Shown piece by piece: positions 27,520 through 40,605 of a stretch of DNA of 64,000 nucleotides. The DNA is taken from the NCBI GenBank assembly GCA_002633005.1, contig NMRA01000836.1, positions 1 to 64,000 of the forward strand. The letters run 5' to 3'. The position numbers were made by a program, and so were the translations under genes. This DNA is from Phoronis australis (Eukaryota > Animalia > Phoronida). The notes beneath the pieces were generated by a model. It saw only the letters and a program-made list of their open reading frames with translations. It made no database searches and was not told the DNA's origin. How positions within the stretch are numbered: the stretch's first letter is position 1; the number at the start of each line of letters is the position of its first letter.

Positions 27520-30500
27520 TTGTTGCTCTTTTCCCCGAATCAAGAAACAGGGTTATGCATTCGTCTCCCTTCATTATGAGACATTCTGATACTACGTCAT
27601 ATGTATCACGATTGCCTGGATCAGGTTGTAGGAAATATAAATATTATCTTGAAATATGTTGAAAAGAATTTTAAGACGCTAGCTAACTGTTTTTTAAATA
27701 AGTAAACAATAACAACAACAACTTTTGCATCTATTTCTTTTTCACACAACACTTTCATTCTTCCCTGAGTTTCTGGGTTAAACTCTGAAATCTAATAAAA
27801 TCCTTGTATATTGCAGAAACAGTAATTTTCACATTTGTACCAAATCACTGGAATAATTTTTTTGCAGTATCCTGCCCAATCCAGCGCCAGCGGTCGCTAA
27901 ATGTGCCTCTAAGGTACCGCGGCGGTGGATCGAGGTAGGTGAGAGCACAAGGCATTTGGTACGGTTGCCAGAAGATCCAAGCTTAGCCGCAGGTCCAAAA
28001 GCCGGAAATAAGCTTAACAGGATTGCGTTCCGTTCTCGCCAGAGACTCGCGAAAACGCGGAATTTCACGAAGAATCTCCATGTGTTACAATCAAAGCACG
28101 TGATCACATTAGATTCTCTCAGTTCAGGGTTGTGATCCATATAGACATGAGAATTTCGCTATGGAACCTTGTCATTCATCCCATGCTTCGCATGCAATAC
28201 ATGGCGATATCTGACGGAGTCTTGCGTGATTTTCAGTTGCGTTAACGTGAGATTCTCGTGACGACGGAAAGCACGACGAGGCTCGACTTCAATAACGATA
28301 GTACATCTCCAAAAAGCAAACTCTCTCGAGACAGTACGAGATATTGTGTATCTTTAATGAGAGCACGTGATTTTGTTAGCTTTTCTCGCCACTAGAGTAT
28401 TCTGTTGATTTCTACTCCGATAATTTTTTTCTGATCAACCGCAGTAGCAAGTAGTTTGGCACTTGTAGTCATACTTTTAAGCAATCTACACGTTCAGTCA
28501 TACATTCTGCATTGGCAATGGAAAACTATCAACTTCTGGCTTTTCCCCCCAGATGTGAATTTGAATTTCTGAAAAATGTCCCTCCCAATTTTGTAGAGAA
28601 ACATGATTATCGTAGTGGTGGGCTAGAATAGAAAAGGGAACGCCAGTACTGCATTAAATGTGATTACTAAGAAGATGGCGCAGACATCTCTGGATTTTAG
28701 AAGTATTATATATCCCGGCCCGCGAGGCAGATTGCAGTACGCGTATGAAAACGATTACAAAATTCCGAGGTTTTAAAAGACACTATCATCGCTTGAAGTG
28801 CGGCCCTAGAAAAAAATTAAGAGCTTTTACGAGTCCAAACTAAAGGAAAAGGACGACCAGATTCATGACAGTAACAGGGGCGAATCAGTAATTAAGGAAC
28901 CGGGGGTACTAGGATACGCGCGGCAATGCGCGATTCCGAAGGAGCGTAGCGCCCTACAGCGGGGGAGGTCGGGGGATATTATCCCTCCCGTTTCAGAGAA
29001 TTTCGTGTTCTTGTTCACCTGTACCTAAATGGTGCAATTGTCATGCACCCGGGCGAGTTTGTGACTGTTAACGTATCATTGAAGTTTTTCGTAAGATGGT
29101 TTTAAAACCCTTCTCGATTTCGTCACATGAACAGGGTTCACAGGTTCGTAAAACCCTGTTTTGTGCACACCACCACCAAAAGTTTAGTTAAAACATCCGT
29201 ACGATTGAGAATGAGTGGTTTAGACGAATCCCCTAAACAAGCTTCGTTGGTCAAGTCCCAGACTGCGGGTTATAGGAGCAGATAGCCTGAAGAAACCGTG
29301 AGGTATTGTTCCATTTAATTGCCTCATGGAGTGACATGTCACATTTTATTCAACTCACAACTTGCAATCCCAACCAGACAAAGGTATCACTGTGTATCGT
29401 TTCAAATATTTACATGTACAATGTAAACTTGCCACATTTAAACAATGCTCGGTTTGTATACAGACCTTCATCCAGGATTAAGAAAATAGGATCTCCAAAA
29501 CGGGGTTCTCGATATTTCAGTGTGTCTGTGATCCAAAGACGCATTACCCTCACCACTTTTCATAAGGGACCCCCACACTGTGAGTTTTTACAAAGAAATA
29601 CATGTACGTAGACTAAGGTGATTAAATCTGAGTTAACAAACACAACCCCCCTGACATGGTCTCAACTATAATGAACTGACAGTTATTTGCATGACCAATA
29701 TTTATTTCTCATCTGAATTAGGAAAAAGCCGAGATCAATTTATACCGGTAAGTGGTTAAAATCAAAAGTTAAGATGGATAGTACGAGGTTTTATAACCGC
29801 AGTAATTGTTCTGCAGACCGGCATTGCAACTCTGTCGTCTCATAATGTTGGTTTCTTAATGCTTAGTGACAGACGATGGTAGTACGAACCTTGTTTGAGC
29901 TTGCTGAACCAGGTACAATGTACATGTATGTGGTAGCTTTATACATGTACTCCTGTAACGGCTGATGAGTAGCACATGGGACATAACCATGTTGCCATGG
30001 TTTCAATTTCCTGTCTTAGAGCTCTAGGATCCACGTAAACCATAAAGTGTTTTGCAATGGCCATCAAAAGTTGTGATGCGATGAAGATTTATACTTAGAG
30101 TCAAATGGCTATATATGTGCATGTATTAGTTCTTGCTTCGTGTAACTTGCAACCTCTCACACTTGTTGATACTCGAGCATTCTGTCAGCGGCATGGGTAC
30201 GATTGTCACAACTACATGTAATTTATGTCACCCCGTAGACTGCTCTCCTCTAGCAACACCATTATTATATATTACTCGTACCCAAAGTTTTCTTTGCATT
30301 GTATCTTTGGTTTTAGTGTTTTAATGCTCAATTAAAAATTGTCGTGCATCCCATTTTCAGAATGAAACTAGTAAATGGTAACGTGCATAAATTTGGTTTA
30401 ATAGTACCATAAAGAAATCAAATTTATCTGAGTACTAATCAGTAGGCAAAATGAATATGCATTAGACACACATGAAGTACTGATCCTGAGTATATAACAT

Positions 30501-31130
30501 CATTTGTTTGACTCCAAGCTAAATGTAGGTAAAGAGGTACGATTTGTGACATAGCCCTTGTATTGCGAAAATATGTTGGGGGTAAGCGCATGTTGTTGTT
30601 ATAGTCAATACCTTTGTCAAAGGTCAGCACATCGTTACTGACAGTAGACTCTGGCCAATTCCTGATATATGACAAAGAAACCAAATGTCCTGAATCAAAA
30701 ATAAAAATAACATTTCCTTCCTTGCCATATCATAAGAGAATTTTTTTTCATTGCCCATTGTTCTTACACAGCTGAATACCTTATAGAATGTACGGTTGAC
30801 AATCCATTGTCATGGCTGTTTTTGGTATTTATACTTAGATTTCAGACTAACGCTAAACGAAACTGTCAAAATATTAGTGTGTTTATTGTGTTTTCTGTAG
30901 TTTGCCTGAAACCGGATCTAATATGAAGCTGCATATAATCCGTGGATGGTCTTTAATGATTATTCATGTCACAGGTATTCAGTCAATGCCGTTATAACAT
31001 TTGTACTTCACAGTTGCCAAATAAAGGTTTAGTCCTGTATTAATTATTAGCATATTGTCAGATAACTTATTCATTTGTTAAAATTAGTTTTAAATATTTT
31101 TCTGAAACATTGATGAGGACTGCAAGACCT

Positions 31131-33115
31131 GGGGCCCGTTCCAACAAAACTGACTTAGTTAAGATAAATCTTAAATTTTAATAAATTTCAAAATAAAAGT
31201 TATATTTGCCTCAAAACCAATTCAAGAAAAAGTTCTTATGTTTGACCTAAGTGATTGACTTAAGTTTTGTCTTACTTCAAGGGCGGCGCACCATAGGGGG
31301 CTGGGGGGGGGGGGGGGGGTATAGCCCCCATTTTTTCAGGGCTGCGCCGCCTATGCATAATAGTCCATAGCAAATACCAACACCGGAACAAACGAATGTC
31401 ACGCATACGCGGCGGAACCTCACCTGCGTTAGATTCNCGCGCCACTCACGATTCGCATCCGAAGAAACACCGCCATTTTGAACTTGCGGTGAACCCGGAA
31501 GTACAATTCATTCAGGAACCCAGGCCGAGAAAACGCCGTCAGTGCGGCGACTGGAGCAGTACCTGTACTGTTACCAGCCAGTAAACGGGGATAACAAAAA
31601 ATCGACAGCGCGCCTTAATTTTGATAAAATCAAACTAGGGACAATTTTATGGAATTTGCTGAAGAAATGTGGCCAATAAATTTTGACAGAAATTATTTTG
31701 CCAGACTCGGGACCGCAGCCTAGTCGGACCCGTTGCGGGTCGAGACCAGACACTGGCGAACGGTAAATGCATGCGGTTGCAAGCTGCTTTCATTGTCGAA
31801 GTAAAATGGTCAAATGATAAATGCTGCATATATTCAAGGGTAGTTTCAGACACTTGCATAAAATTACGGGCTGGTTAGTCCTGTGTCACACTGCCGCGGC
31901 AGACCTTAGTTAGCCTCACTCACCAGCTACCATTGAAGACTATATAATATTAATAGTCAAAATACAGCTTGTTAGTAGGCCTATACATGTACAGCTTTGC
32001 GCCAAGGCTACCCTTAGGCCTAACTGGTCGCTGGCCACAAACACAAAAAAACACGAAAATTGAACAAAGTTTCTTTTTTGTAGCAATTGTCAAAATGTAT
32101 CAACGTTAAATCTTCACAAATTACAAAGTAGCCGATTGAACATGCCTTTCAGTTCAGCAAAAGTCGCCATTGTCGGTGCCGCCAGAAATGACGAAGTCCA
32201 ACGGGAATTGTGAGCACATTTATCACTTAACGAGTAACAAGTGCGAGGCTGAAATTTGGTGAACACTGCTAAATCGTGCAGAATAGTAAGTAAAGATATG
32301 TCTAATTAAATTTCACCGTAATTTGTTGGCGAAAACAATTTACACAAAGTTTTAAACTCGTAACTCATCCCGCTGTCCTCCAATATGGCCGACACGATCC
32401 AAACAAAGTGACCCAAATTTCGCCACAAAACTTGCAATAACTTTACAGTGCTTGCCCCGATTTTGATACTTTTTCGATTTTTACTAGATAGATTGTACTA
32501 CCTTTCCGATGATAGCAAAGTACTTTTTCAAAACGAGGAAAAAAATAAAACCAAGAAAATTGGTTCAACCCATATTGGTTCCTAGGTTCGACCGGCCTAC
32601 GTAAGGAACTAAACACCAATGCTATTTTAACATACTAAGTACGCGTAACATTCCAAAAAAATCAACAACCACCAACTACAAACTATAAATACACTACATA
32701 TGCAAACGAATCACGATATATTACTAATAAAACAAAATAATGAAGACTTTTGGAGCAAGCCATAGCACATTCAGTTACAAGGAAAAAATTGCGGCTTTCA
32801 GGACAAGTTCCTGAACTGATGAGCCGGAAATGTGGGTACGAAATAACCGATGACAACCGGTAATCATACGCTCAGAGAGAAGGGTCAAATACTGTTAAAA
32901 ATCGCTTTTGGCAAGAAGGGGAAAAGAATATAAAGAAAAGGCGTCGAAAATAAGAATTTATGTAGTAAGTATTTTCGGATACTGGAACCACATGGGCAGT
33001 TTGAGAGGACTTTAACTAAGTTACCGAATGTGGAAGTTTCAAAGTTTGAAAGTTAAGACAAATTTTAAACTTTTGTAAAAAATGAACTAAAATTCAGTTT
33101 CTTGGAACAGGCTCC
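31131..33115. mobile_element. Harbinger-like MITE split by a ~1.7-kb nested insertion
   Basis: Ends GGGGCCCGTTCCAA / TTGGAACAGGCTCC; halves 31131-31277 and ~33010-33115 align with the uninterrupted copy at 62227-62470. Confidence 0.65.
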
Positions 33116-33904
33116 AAATCTCTATCTCAAGTCACTTTTGAGGAAGCACACCCTGACCCTGAGGCGCTAGTATTATTTAAATTCCGTCGTCAAAATTGTC
33201 ACTGCCTAATGAGCTAGCCTATATTTATCTCATTGTACAGACTTGTCTAGCAATCTGAAATGCATCAACTGGGTAGAGTTCAATAACACTATCACCTCAT
33301 GATAAAAACAACATTTTCAAAAACTGTGTGAGACCATAGACTATAGGTAGGGACTGCCAACTAATATCTATGGTGAGACAGATTCGCTACCCCGATTACG
33401 ATATCTTATCAATCTTGTCATGCCGTGTTTGGTTTTCACTTTTATTGTATTGTTCATTATTTTATTATTTATGCTTTCCATGTTATTATTCACAATTAGC
33501 TTTGGGCTAGTGTTTGTCTGTTTTATCAAACTGACTATAAATAAAGAGATTGGTTGATTGATTGATTGATTGATTCATTGATTGGGCAAAATCGCTCATC
33601 CAAATCTCGACGAAATGACCATGATTAGCAGAAGACGTTCTTGCCGGAAGTAAAGAGTGCCAAGTGTCGCTAGAGGGTAATGACGTCAGATCAAATATTT
33701 TGTCCATTGAAAATATACAGTTTTGGCGGTCTATTTATGTATGGTGAGACACCGACGTGTATTTTCAAAACGAACACATAATTTTGCTCATCGTTTTGTT
33801 GTGAGACTGCCAATGAACTTTTTACTCTGAGATCAGTCTGCTTCGAGAGTACTTTTATGAAACGGCAATAGAGGGCGCACCTCTCGACTAGTGTGACTGG
33901 TACA

Positions 33905-36661
33905 ATGGTAGGTGGTCAGGCGAAGGGTATTTTGACTATTTTGTTTATTCCTAACATTTGTATATGATTTGGTGAATATGCATTGAGTGTAATGAAAAAA
34001 GACCTCTTTTAATCACTCGTCACGGGTAATTATTCTTTGTTAAACTGGTTAGGTCTGCAGAAAATTTTGCCGGTGTTTACTCACTTCACTAACTCACTGA
34101 GACTTTGTCTTTGAATTAGATTTAGAATTTGATTGAACCTGGCCACCACTGACTAGCACTAGCACCGTCACAATACACACAGGGTACACAGTACCACCGT
34201 CTCAACTGGCCACAGAGATACCATGGCTATGCGATAGGCAATCCATTCGCTGTACGCTTCTCAGCGAAATTATGCTTCACCCCGCGGATTATTCCATCAA
34301 CATCATGTTACCGGCACCTTTTGGCAGCTTTGCCTGGGACTGTGCATAGAGAATTGATGGCCAAGACTAGGAGGGACCCGGCACTGGTCGTATAAAGTGG
34401 TCCCTGATTTAGAAAACCAGGCAATCACTGAATAACGGGCCCGTTATTTAGTGGATGAACTGGTTCTCTAAATCAGGGATCGCTATATTCGACCAGTGCC
34501 GGAGGGACCCCGCATAGGACACCGTTGATGTCTTTAACTCTTTCCAGCTTGAGCAAGTACTCCTGCAATCAAACTTTTTTCAAAAAGTTGTTCGTTCAGT
34601 TGCCCAAATAGGCAACTGGCCATTTTATTTCTGAAGATACGATATCACGCATATCTGGTCCATATGTAACAGATTGTTCTAAAATGGCCCACGACCCCAT
34701 CGACCCACAGCCCCTGACCACAGCCCTCATGACCCACAAACTCTTCAACCCACGACTAGTGGCAATAGATGTATCTTTGCGCTTTTTACACATTTTATAA
34801 TCATATTACATCACTGAACGACTTTCCCCATAAGACACACCTACAAGCAAATTTGCTCTGGTTGAATTCTGGTGGTTAAAAACAGAAAGTGATGTGAGAA
34901 CTTGATCAGAAATAGATGAGTGCTATCGTTGTCACAGAAATAAGTCCAAGAGCGGCTATCAAATTCCGTATTCTACTAAACTTATAGGGGGATGGTACGT
35001 TAACGTGAATGGATGTAATTTCACATTTTCGTTATTTGCTTTCTACTATGTACTTATTTACAATATACTACATATCATGTTGAGATACTTTTTTAGTTAA
35101 CAGTTTGTTTTTTCAAACTGTGGTCACTCAAGACATTACGTATATTCGTCGGTTCCTCCTACTCTCCCAAAAAAAACTTGAACCTGCTATTCACTGAAGA
35201 GCAGACGAGATGATTGCATTCTGCTGGGAACGACATTTGTACCATTGGTAGGTCTATGGTTCAATTTGGTCATGTTGTTTTCTTTCTGTTTTTGGCTTTC
35301 AAGCTTGCTCAATTGATTCTCATAATTGTAAAAAAAGCAGGGAAATGCCAGCCAAGCTCGCGGTCCGACTCGTTGGTCCTGCAAATCAACTCTTGTTTTA
35401 TGTTCAGATCGAGTCGAGCTTGTGTAGAGTGGGTCGAGGGGATTGTGGGTTGTGGGTTGAAGGTCGTGGGTCGTGGGACGAGTGGGTTGTGGAGGTCAAG
35501 GGGGTTTCAAAACAATCCATTTGTAAAACTAACCTCTAGCCTATCTGCAATGTAAATAGGTTAGAGGTTGATGTAAATATAGACCTAGAAATAATGTGAC
35601 TTACATCACCACCTCAAAGCAGTTTTAGGAAGCAGTCATCTTCACCCATGTCACCATCATCCTCCTCATCTTCATCGCAATTCCATGTTCTTCATCACAA
35701 CTTCATCTGTCTTCTTCATTCATTGCTGCTACGTTGTCCTCACTGGTGTCAAACTTTTTTTATTCAAATTATGCCAAGTGTTGCCCTTGTATTGTCTTTG
35801 TTTACAACTACAGGCTGCGTCATCTCAGCTAGCCTCTGTCAAGGATGTTGACATCGACTCGTCGGGAAGATTTAAATACATTTTGATCAAAGTATACCTC
35901 AAAAGTGAACCTAAGGATTTCAAATACATTGTCCGGGGGTACGGCAGGTGCGGCTTTCATGGTGAGTGGTAGTGTTATCAAGTTAAGTGGAGTGTTATTA
36001 AGTTAAGTGGAGTGTTATTAAGTTAAGTGGAGTGTTATTAAGTTAAGTGTTATTTATAAGTAGTTATGTGTTGTAATTTACGTTAACTCTTCCATTACCA
36101 GGGGATATTATGGATGATGTTGAACCAGGCATAACTCAGAATGGGTGCGGCCCTCTTAAGTGTGAGTGTCTCGGCGGGGGACGTATTGTGCACGATCCCA
36201 AACACAAAACATTAGAAGTGTTTGGATATTCTCAGGTGAGCAGCTGTTATTTAATTCTAATGAGGTGAATATTCACCTAAAATGTTAGACCATCTCTGAC
36301 TTCACTTGATAAGTGCTGTGCACATACTGTGTCAAAAATCTAGTTCTACTGTCCTGTTGTAGACTCCCTGTAATATGGTTGTACTGTTCTGTCGTAGACT
36401 GACTGTAATTTAGATCTACTGTTCTGTCATAGACTGACTGTAATGTAGAACTTCTGTTCTGTGGTAGCCTGACTGTAATTTAGATCTACTGTTCTGTGGT
36501 AGACTGACTGTAGTCTAATGTGCTGTCCAGATGCTGCATTACTGTGCATTCTATTTATTTTGTTTCAGGGTTATGGGAAAGCTGACCACGAGATCTCTGT
36601 GAAAGTTCTTCAAAAACAGTATGCAGATTACAAGATCACGTGGTCAAACGATGGCTATTGA
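33905..36661 (+). CDS. PHPT1: 14 kDa phosphohistidine phosphatase (Janus/Ocnus family), 125 aa
   Basis: Exons 33905-33907 (ATG|gtaggt; inferred and least certain), 35814-35961, 36102-36235, 36569-36661. Motifs DVDIDSSGRFKYILIKV, IVRGY..GFHGDI (catalytic His), CECLGGGRI, VFGYSQGYGKADH, TWSNDGY*. AATAAA at 37287-37292. Confidence 0.93.
34380..34500. mobile_element. 121-bp palindromic MITE with 10-bp TSD in PHPT1 intron 1
   Basis: GGCACTGGTCG...CGACCAGTGCC, an imperfect loop-less palindrome centred on GGGCCC (34437-34442); direct repeat GGAGGGACCC at 34370-34379 and 34501-34510. Confidence 0.85.
35965..36053. repeat. 20-bp minisatellite starting at the PHPT1 exon 2 donor
   Basis: (aagtggagtgttattaagtt)n, ~4 copies. 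Confidence 0.9.
36340..36515. repeat. ~34-bp minisatellite in the last PHPT1 intron
   Basis: (tagatctactgttctgtggtagactgactgtaatt)n, ~5 copies. Confidence 0.85.
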
Positions 36662-37042
36662 TTGGTCTATCACACCTGTTCCTGCTCACCATGAAATAGC
36701 TTCATTGCTGCCACCTGAAATGCTGGAATGTTACTTTTTGTGGCTTCAACCGCTGTTGCGGTGGATAATTGGATGGTGTTCACCTGAGAGGTGAAGTGTC
36801 TTGTTGAGGTGCTTTAATGTGACGGAAAACTTTGAGTATGATGTGTCATTCAGCTGGCTGAGGTGACCAGGTGAAGATGCATGCGACACCTGAAGTCGCA
36901 CATGGGAACTAGCAGTACCACCTGACACCACTGTTTGTTACTTGTATTAGTTAGTCTCGAACCAGTCACTGTTAGCAATTGTTCAGTCAGAATGTACACC
37001 AGACTCTTATGTTAACAGACGATTGCTTTGATGCGAAAATTA

Positions 37043-37212
37043 GTGAGAACAAGTGGCGCCACCTGACACCACTGTCTACTGTTTGTATTGTGAGAACAAG
37101 TGGCGCCACCTTACACCACTGTCTACTGCGTGTATTGTGAGAACTAGAGGTGCCACCTAATGTCACTGTTTACTGTTTGTATTGTGAGAACTAGTGGCGC
37201 CACCTGACATCG
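37043..37212. repeat. ~48-bp minisatellite in the PHPT1 3' UTR
   Basis: (gtgagaacaagtggcgccacctgacaccactgtctactgtttgtatt)n, ~4 copies plus a diverged one near 36905. Confidence 0.85.
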
Positions 37213-37853
37213 TCTATTGGTTGCATCTGTGTTATTGCCGTCAGACATAGCTCTCCATAATGGTGTTACTGGAATGTTGTTAATGAAATAAACATATGCC
37301 AAGCATGTCTAATTTGCACAAGACCTTTATGAGAGACAGGACATGGACATTGAAGAGCTACGTCAAATACATCTTTGGTGTTATTATGAGTTATTGATAT
37401 GAAAAACTAACTCTCTCATTGACCTCAAAACATAAATCTTATAAGTAAACATTTTTTTTAAATTTGAAAATTTACAATGGTAAAGTATTCTCATGTTCCA
37501 GGGCTTGGAATTTTCCTCTTCATGGCCGTACAACCCATAGCAGATTGGTATAAAGTTAAGACGGAATCAGGTTCTTCTTTAAGAAAATATATTCTTAACA
37601 GGATTAGAATGTATAGTTTTGTATTAGTGTATGGCTAAATACACCGCCAATACAATAAGGTTCTACAATTAACCTTACGTATATGTTGTCACACAACTTT
37701 TGCCCTCGTGTACACACAAAACCGTGGCAAGGGTACTTGTGGTACACTGTTTCACGCCCGGGTACAATATTTCACGCTGTTCAGCTGTTAGGCGTAGCGT
37801 AGTCATGACGTAGTGGAATAGTTTCTAAAGCTTACAACTTCCTTAAAACATAA

Positions 37854-37857
37854 ACAC

Positions 37858-37908
<51 letters not shown>

Positions 37909-37920
37909 AACACACACACA
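37854..37920. repeat. (CA)n microsatellite
   Basis: Direct inspection. Confidence 0.95.
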
Positions 37921-38089
37921 TATACCTAAATACCTAAGCACCAAGCACCAGCAGAGCTCTAATACGATACCAAAATAATGTACCTAGGACAAATAACAGG
38001 TTGTACTTACCAGTGTGCAATTATGTTAAATTCTGTTAGCCAATCAAATACATGTTTTCTGAAAGGCGAATAAATTTCCTAACAAAATT

Positions 38090-38500
38090 TAATATTCTTA
38101 TTTACTTGTCTTCATTGTTTTCATGAGATATGCATTTTTAGGAAAAAATTACTTTGCACAGAATTTTAAATATATTGTTCCTCCAATCATTTTGGTCTTT
38201 TATCAACATGTTGATGACAGCATTTTCGAGGGAACCGTGTCTTAGATTTTTGAAATAGGTCCTAGTTTCCGGAATGACAGTTTTTGCTCAAAATTCTCTA
38301 AAAAGTCGATAATTAAAAAATTAAGACCTGTTTCAAAATTCTGAGGCACAGTTCCCTCGAAAATATCATTGTCAACAAGTTGACGAAAGACCAATATTAC
38401 TGGAGGAACAATATTTTTAAAATCTCTGTTCGAAGTCAAAAAACTTTTTTCCTTAAAATGCATATCTCGTTAAAAAATAAAGTCAAGTAAATAAAGAATA
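38090..38500. mobile_element. Foldback/MITE-like inverted repeat with ~170-bp arms
   Basis: ~38090-38262 is the imperfect reverse complement of ~38322-38500 (e.g. ttttcgagggaaccgtgtcttag / ctgaggcacagttccctcgaaaa). Confidence 0.75.
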
Positions 38501-38644
38501 GCAAAAACTCTTCTTATAATTAGGCAAGTTTTTTGCGGAAGCTTCTGTCTGTACATGGTTTTTCAGATGTATGGATTAATCACCGTGGTGTGGCGAACCA
38601 AGCGTATTTCTTGACAGTTTTTTCCTGGTGTGTCGGGGACTATT

Positions 38645-38776
38645 CATGGGCGGCGCACCATAGGGGTCCTATAGCCCCCACTTTTTTCAGTGCTACGCCG
38701 CACACTCTATAGGTGGTGCCCCACAGGGGGGTAGAGGGCTTTATGCCCCACTTTTTTCAGTGCTGCTCCGCCCATG
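38645..38776. mobile_element. Small CA...TG MITE, 5-bp TSD CTATT; relative at 31278-31355
   Basis: CATGGGCGGCGCA / TGCTCCGCCCATG ends; CTATT on both flanks; internal repeat of gccccacttttttcagtgct. Confidence 0.7.
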
Positions 38777-38789
38777 CTATTATTTGCAA

Positions 38790-39130
38790 GGTTTGAAATC
38801 TGATATCGAATGTAAAGCAAAACTGCCTTGCTATATGTGAGGATTACAACAATATATTGTCTAGAGAATTATTTAGAAAAAGTATCCCACGTGTTTTTAT
38901 CCAGTCTCTGACTCGATTAGGATGGTCAAATCATTCGTTACTAGTGGAAAGAGGTTGCCACACAAATATTTAATATGAAAATAAGTTGCGTGAGTTGTGT
39001 TACTTGGGATGTGTAGAGGACGAATACCACGTTGTGTTGGTTTGCAGTGCGTACCAAAACCTTCGGGTTAAGTACTTAAGCGATTGTTTTTGTCATTCTC
39101 CCACATCTAAATTAATTTTGAATCTCTCAT
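38790..39130 (+). mobile_element. Decayed LINE ORF2 C-terminal (Cys/His-rich) fragment, RTEX/L2-like
   Basis: SLTRLGWSNHSLLVERGCHTNI*YENKLRELCYLGCVEDEYHVVLVCSAYQNLRVKYL matches the R.SNH.L.IE.GR...C..C...EDE.H....C..Y..LR tail of non-LTR ORF2; contains an in-frame stop. Confidence 0.8.
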
Positions 39131-40279
39131 GACAGTAAGAGAAATGGACAGTGTTGTAAGTTGTTGTCCCGACACTATCCTCACTCATCTGACATAGGGT
39201 AGGAAGGTTTAAGATTCATTGTTTCACATAAAATGTAAATAACTTGTACAATTGAATATAGTCAACAACATTTCAATGTTAGGTCATGGGTATTGTTGAA
39301 ATCTCCCTTCAAGTCAATTTTCGTGTTCGGGTTCACCCTCTGTTGCCAGCTCAAAAACATTTTTTTTAAATTGCCCCACTACAAACAAAATATATATGGG
39401 AAGCCCATGTGACATATCGTCAGTCCCAGAAGGAAAGGGTATCGGGATTCAGGCCTGCACTGTTTGTATTGTTAAAATGACGGAAATAAAGAATAACCAA
39501 TGTGAATTTATTTCATTGCTAAATACAACACCTACGACTTACGATCATAAGAGACATTAGTTCTTCATTAGAATCATAAAGGCGGAATCTCCAACAAATT
39601 GTCGGCTATTTAATTAAAGGCTGTGCAGGGATGGCGGGGGGGGTGATGGATTGTATCATGATGACGGGTGTTGATAGAGGGGGCAAAAAGTGGTAAATTT
39701 GGGATGACATAGTATGTGAACATTCCCTCACATGATTTTAACACCTAAATGACTTCTTGAAACACTCCTAACATGTAGTTTCAAAGGTTGTCGAAAGTGG
39801 CTTTAGACAGGAGCTGAAAAGACGCCTGAGAGGCATTCAGTAAGGGCCACAGGTGGGTGCATATAAAGAATGCCGGTGCAATTTTGCCCATAAATCAACA
39901 GTTGCCTGAAACCATGTCTCAAGACTCACTTGATGAACAAAAATGAAAAAAATGAAAATGAAACAATAAACTTAGGCTTGATTTGATAACTACTAAGTCG
40001 AGTAAACAATTGGAAATTCACAGTGCAAGCTCTCTCAGCTCACATCGTGAAATCTCAAGGTTGCAAGTTCTATCACAAGAATCTATGGGTCATGTGCTGG
40101 AGTTGGCCTTCCATGTCAAGAGTTCTATGGTCAACAACTATAATTCCCTGTCAGCTAAGTTGTGTGCTTTGCAACTTCTCTCAAGATATATCCAGTTAAC
40201 GCCGAGCACAGTTCAAACAGCGGCTCCATCTGCAGGTGATGACAACATAACCGTACTATAAAAGTTGACCATTCGTGGT

Positions 40280-40605
40280 CATCTCCAATAATGCCACACT
40301 AGAGACACCTGTCCTGTTGTTGCAATGTAACTCCCATCTCCAGTAATGCCACACTAGAGGCACCTGGTGTCGTAATGTAACTCCCTTCTCCAATAATTCC
40401 ACAAGAGTGACACATGTACTGTTGCTGCAATGTAACTCCCATCTCCAGTAATGACATACTAGAGACACCTGGTGTCGTAATGTAATTCCCATCTCCAGTA
40501 ATGCCACAGTAGAGACACCTGGTGTCCAAATGTAACTCTCACCGCTTTGATAGGTGTCTTGATGTAACTTTCACTAACTAGATAGGTGTCAATTGAACTC
40601 CCACA
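40280..40605. repeat. ~50-bp minisatellite in the QTRT1 3' UTR, grading into the last codons
   Basis: (taactcccatctccagtaatgccacactagagRcacctggtgtcgtaatg)n, ~5 copies, then shorter gataggtgtc...aact units overlapping the stop codon. Confidence 0.85.

Larger units (their letters stand above)
90..28545. repeat. Segmental tandem duplication: unit 1 ~90-12160, unit 2 ~12790-28545
   Basis: Collinear high-identity matches throughout (e.g. 90 vs 12792, 2388 vs 15901, 4023 vs 17544, 12060 vs 28448). Unit 2 is longer because of extra sequence at 14163-14942, 17860-21842 and ~23480-24145. Confidence 0.9.

Noticed and set aside
32816-32880. CUGAUGA...GAAA hammerhead-like string
   Set aside because: Stem II is weak and no stem I pairing can be drawn; likely chance.
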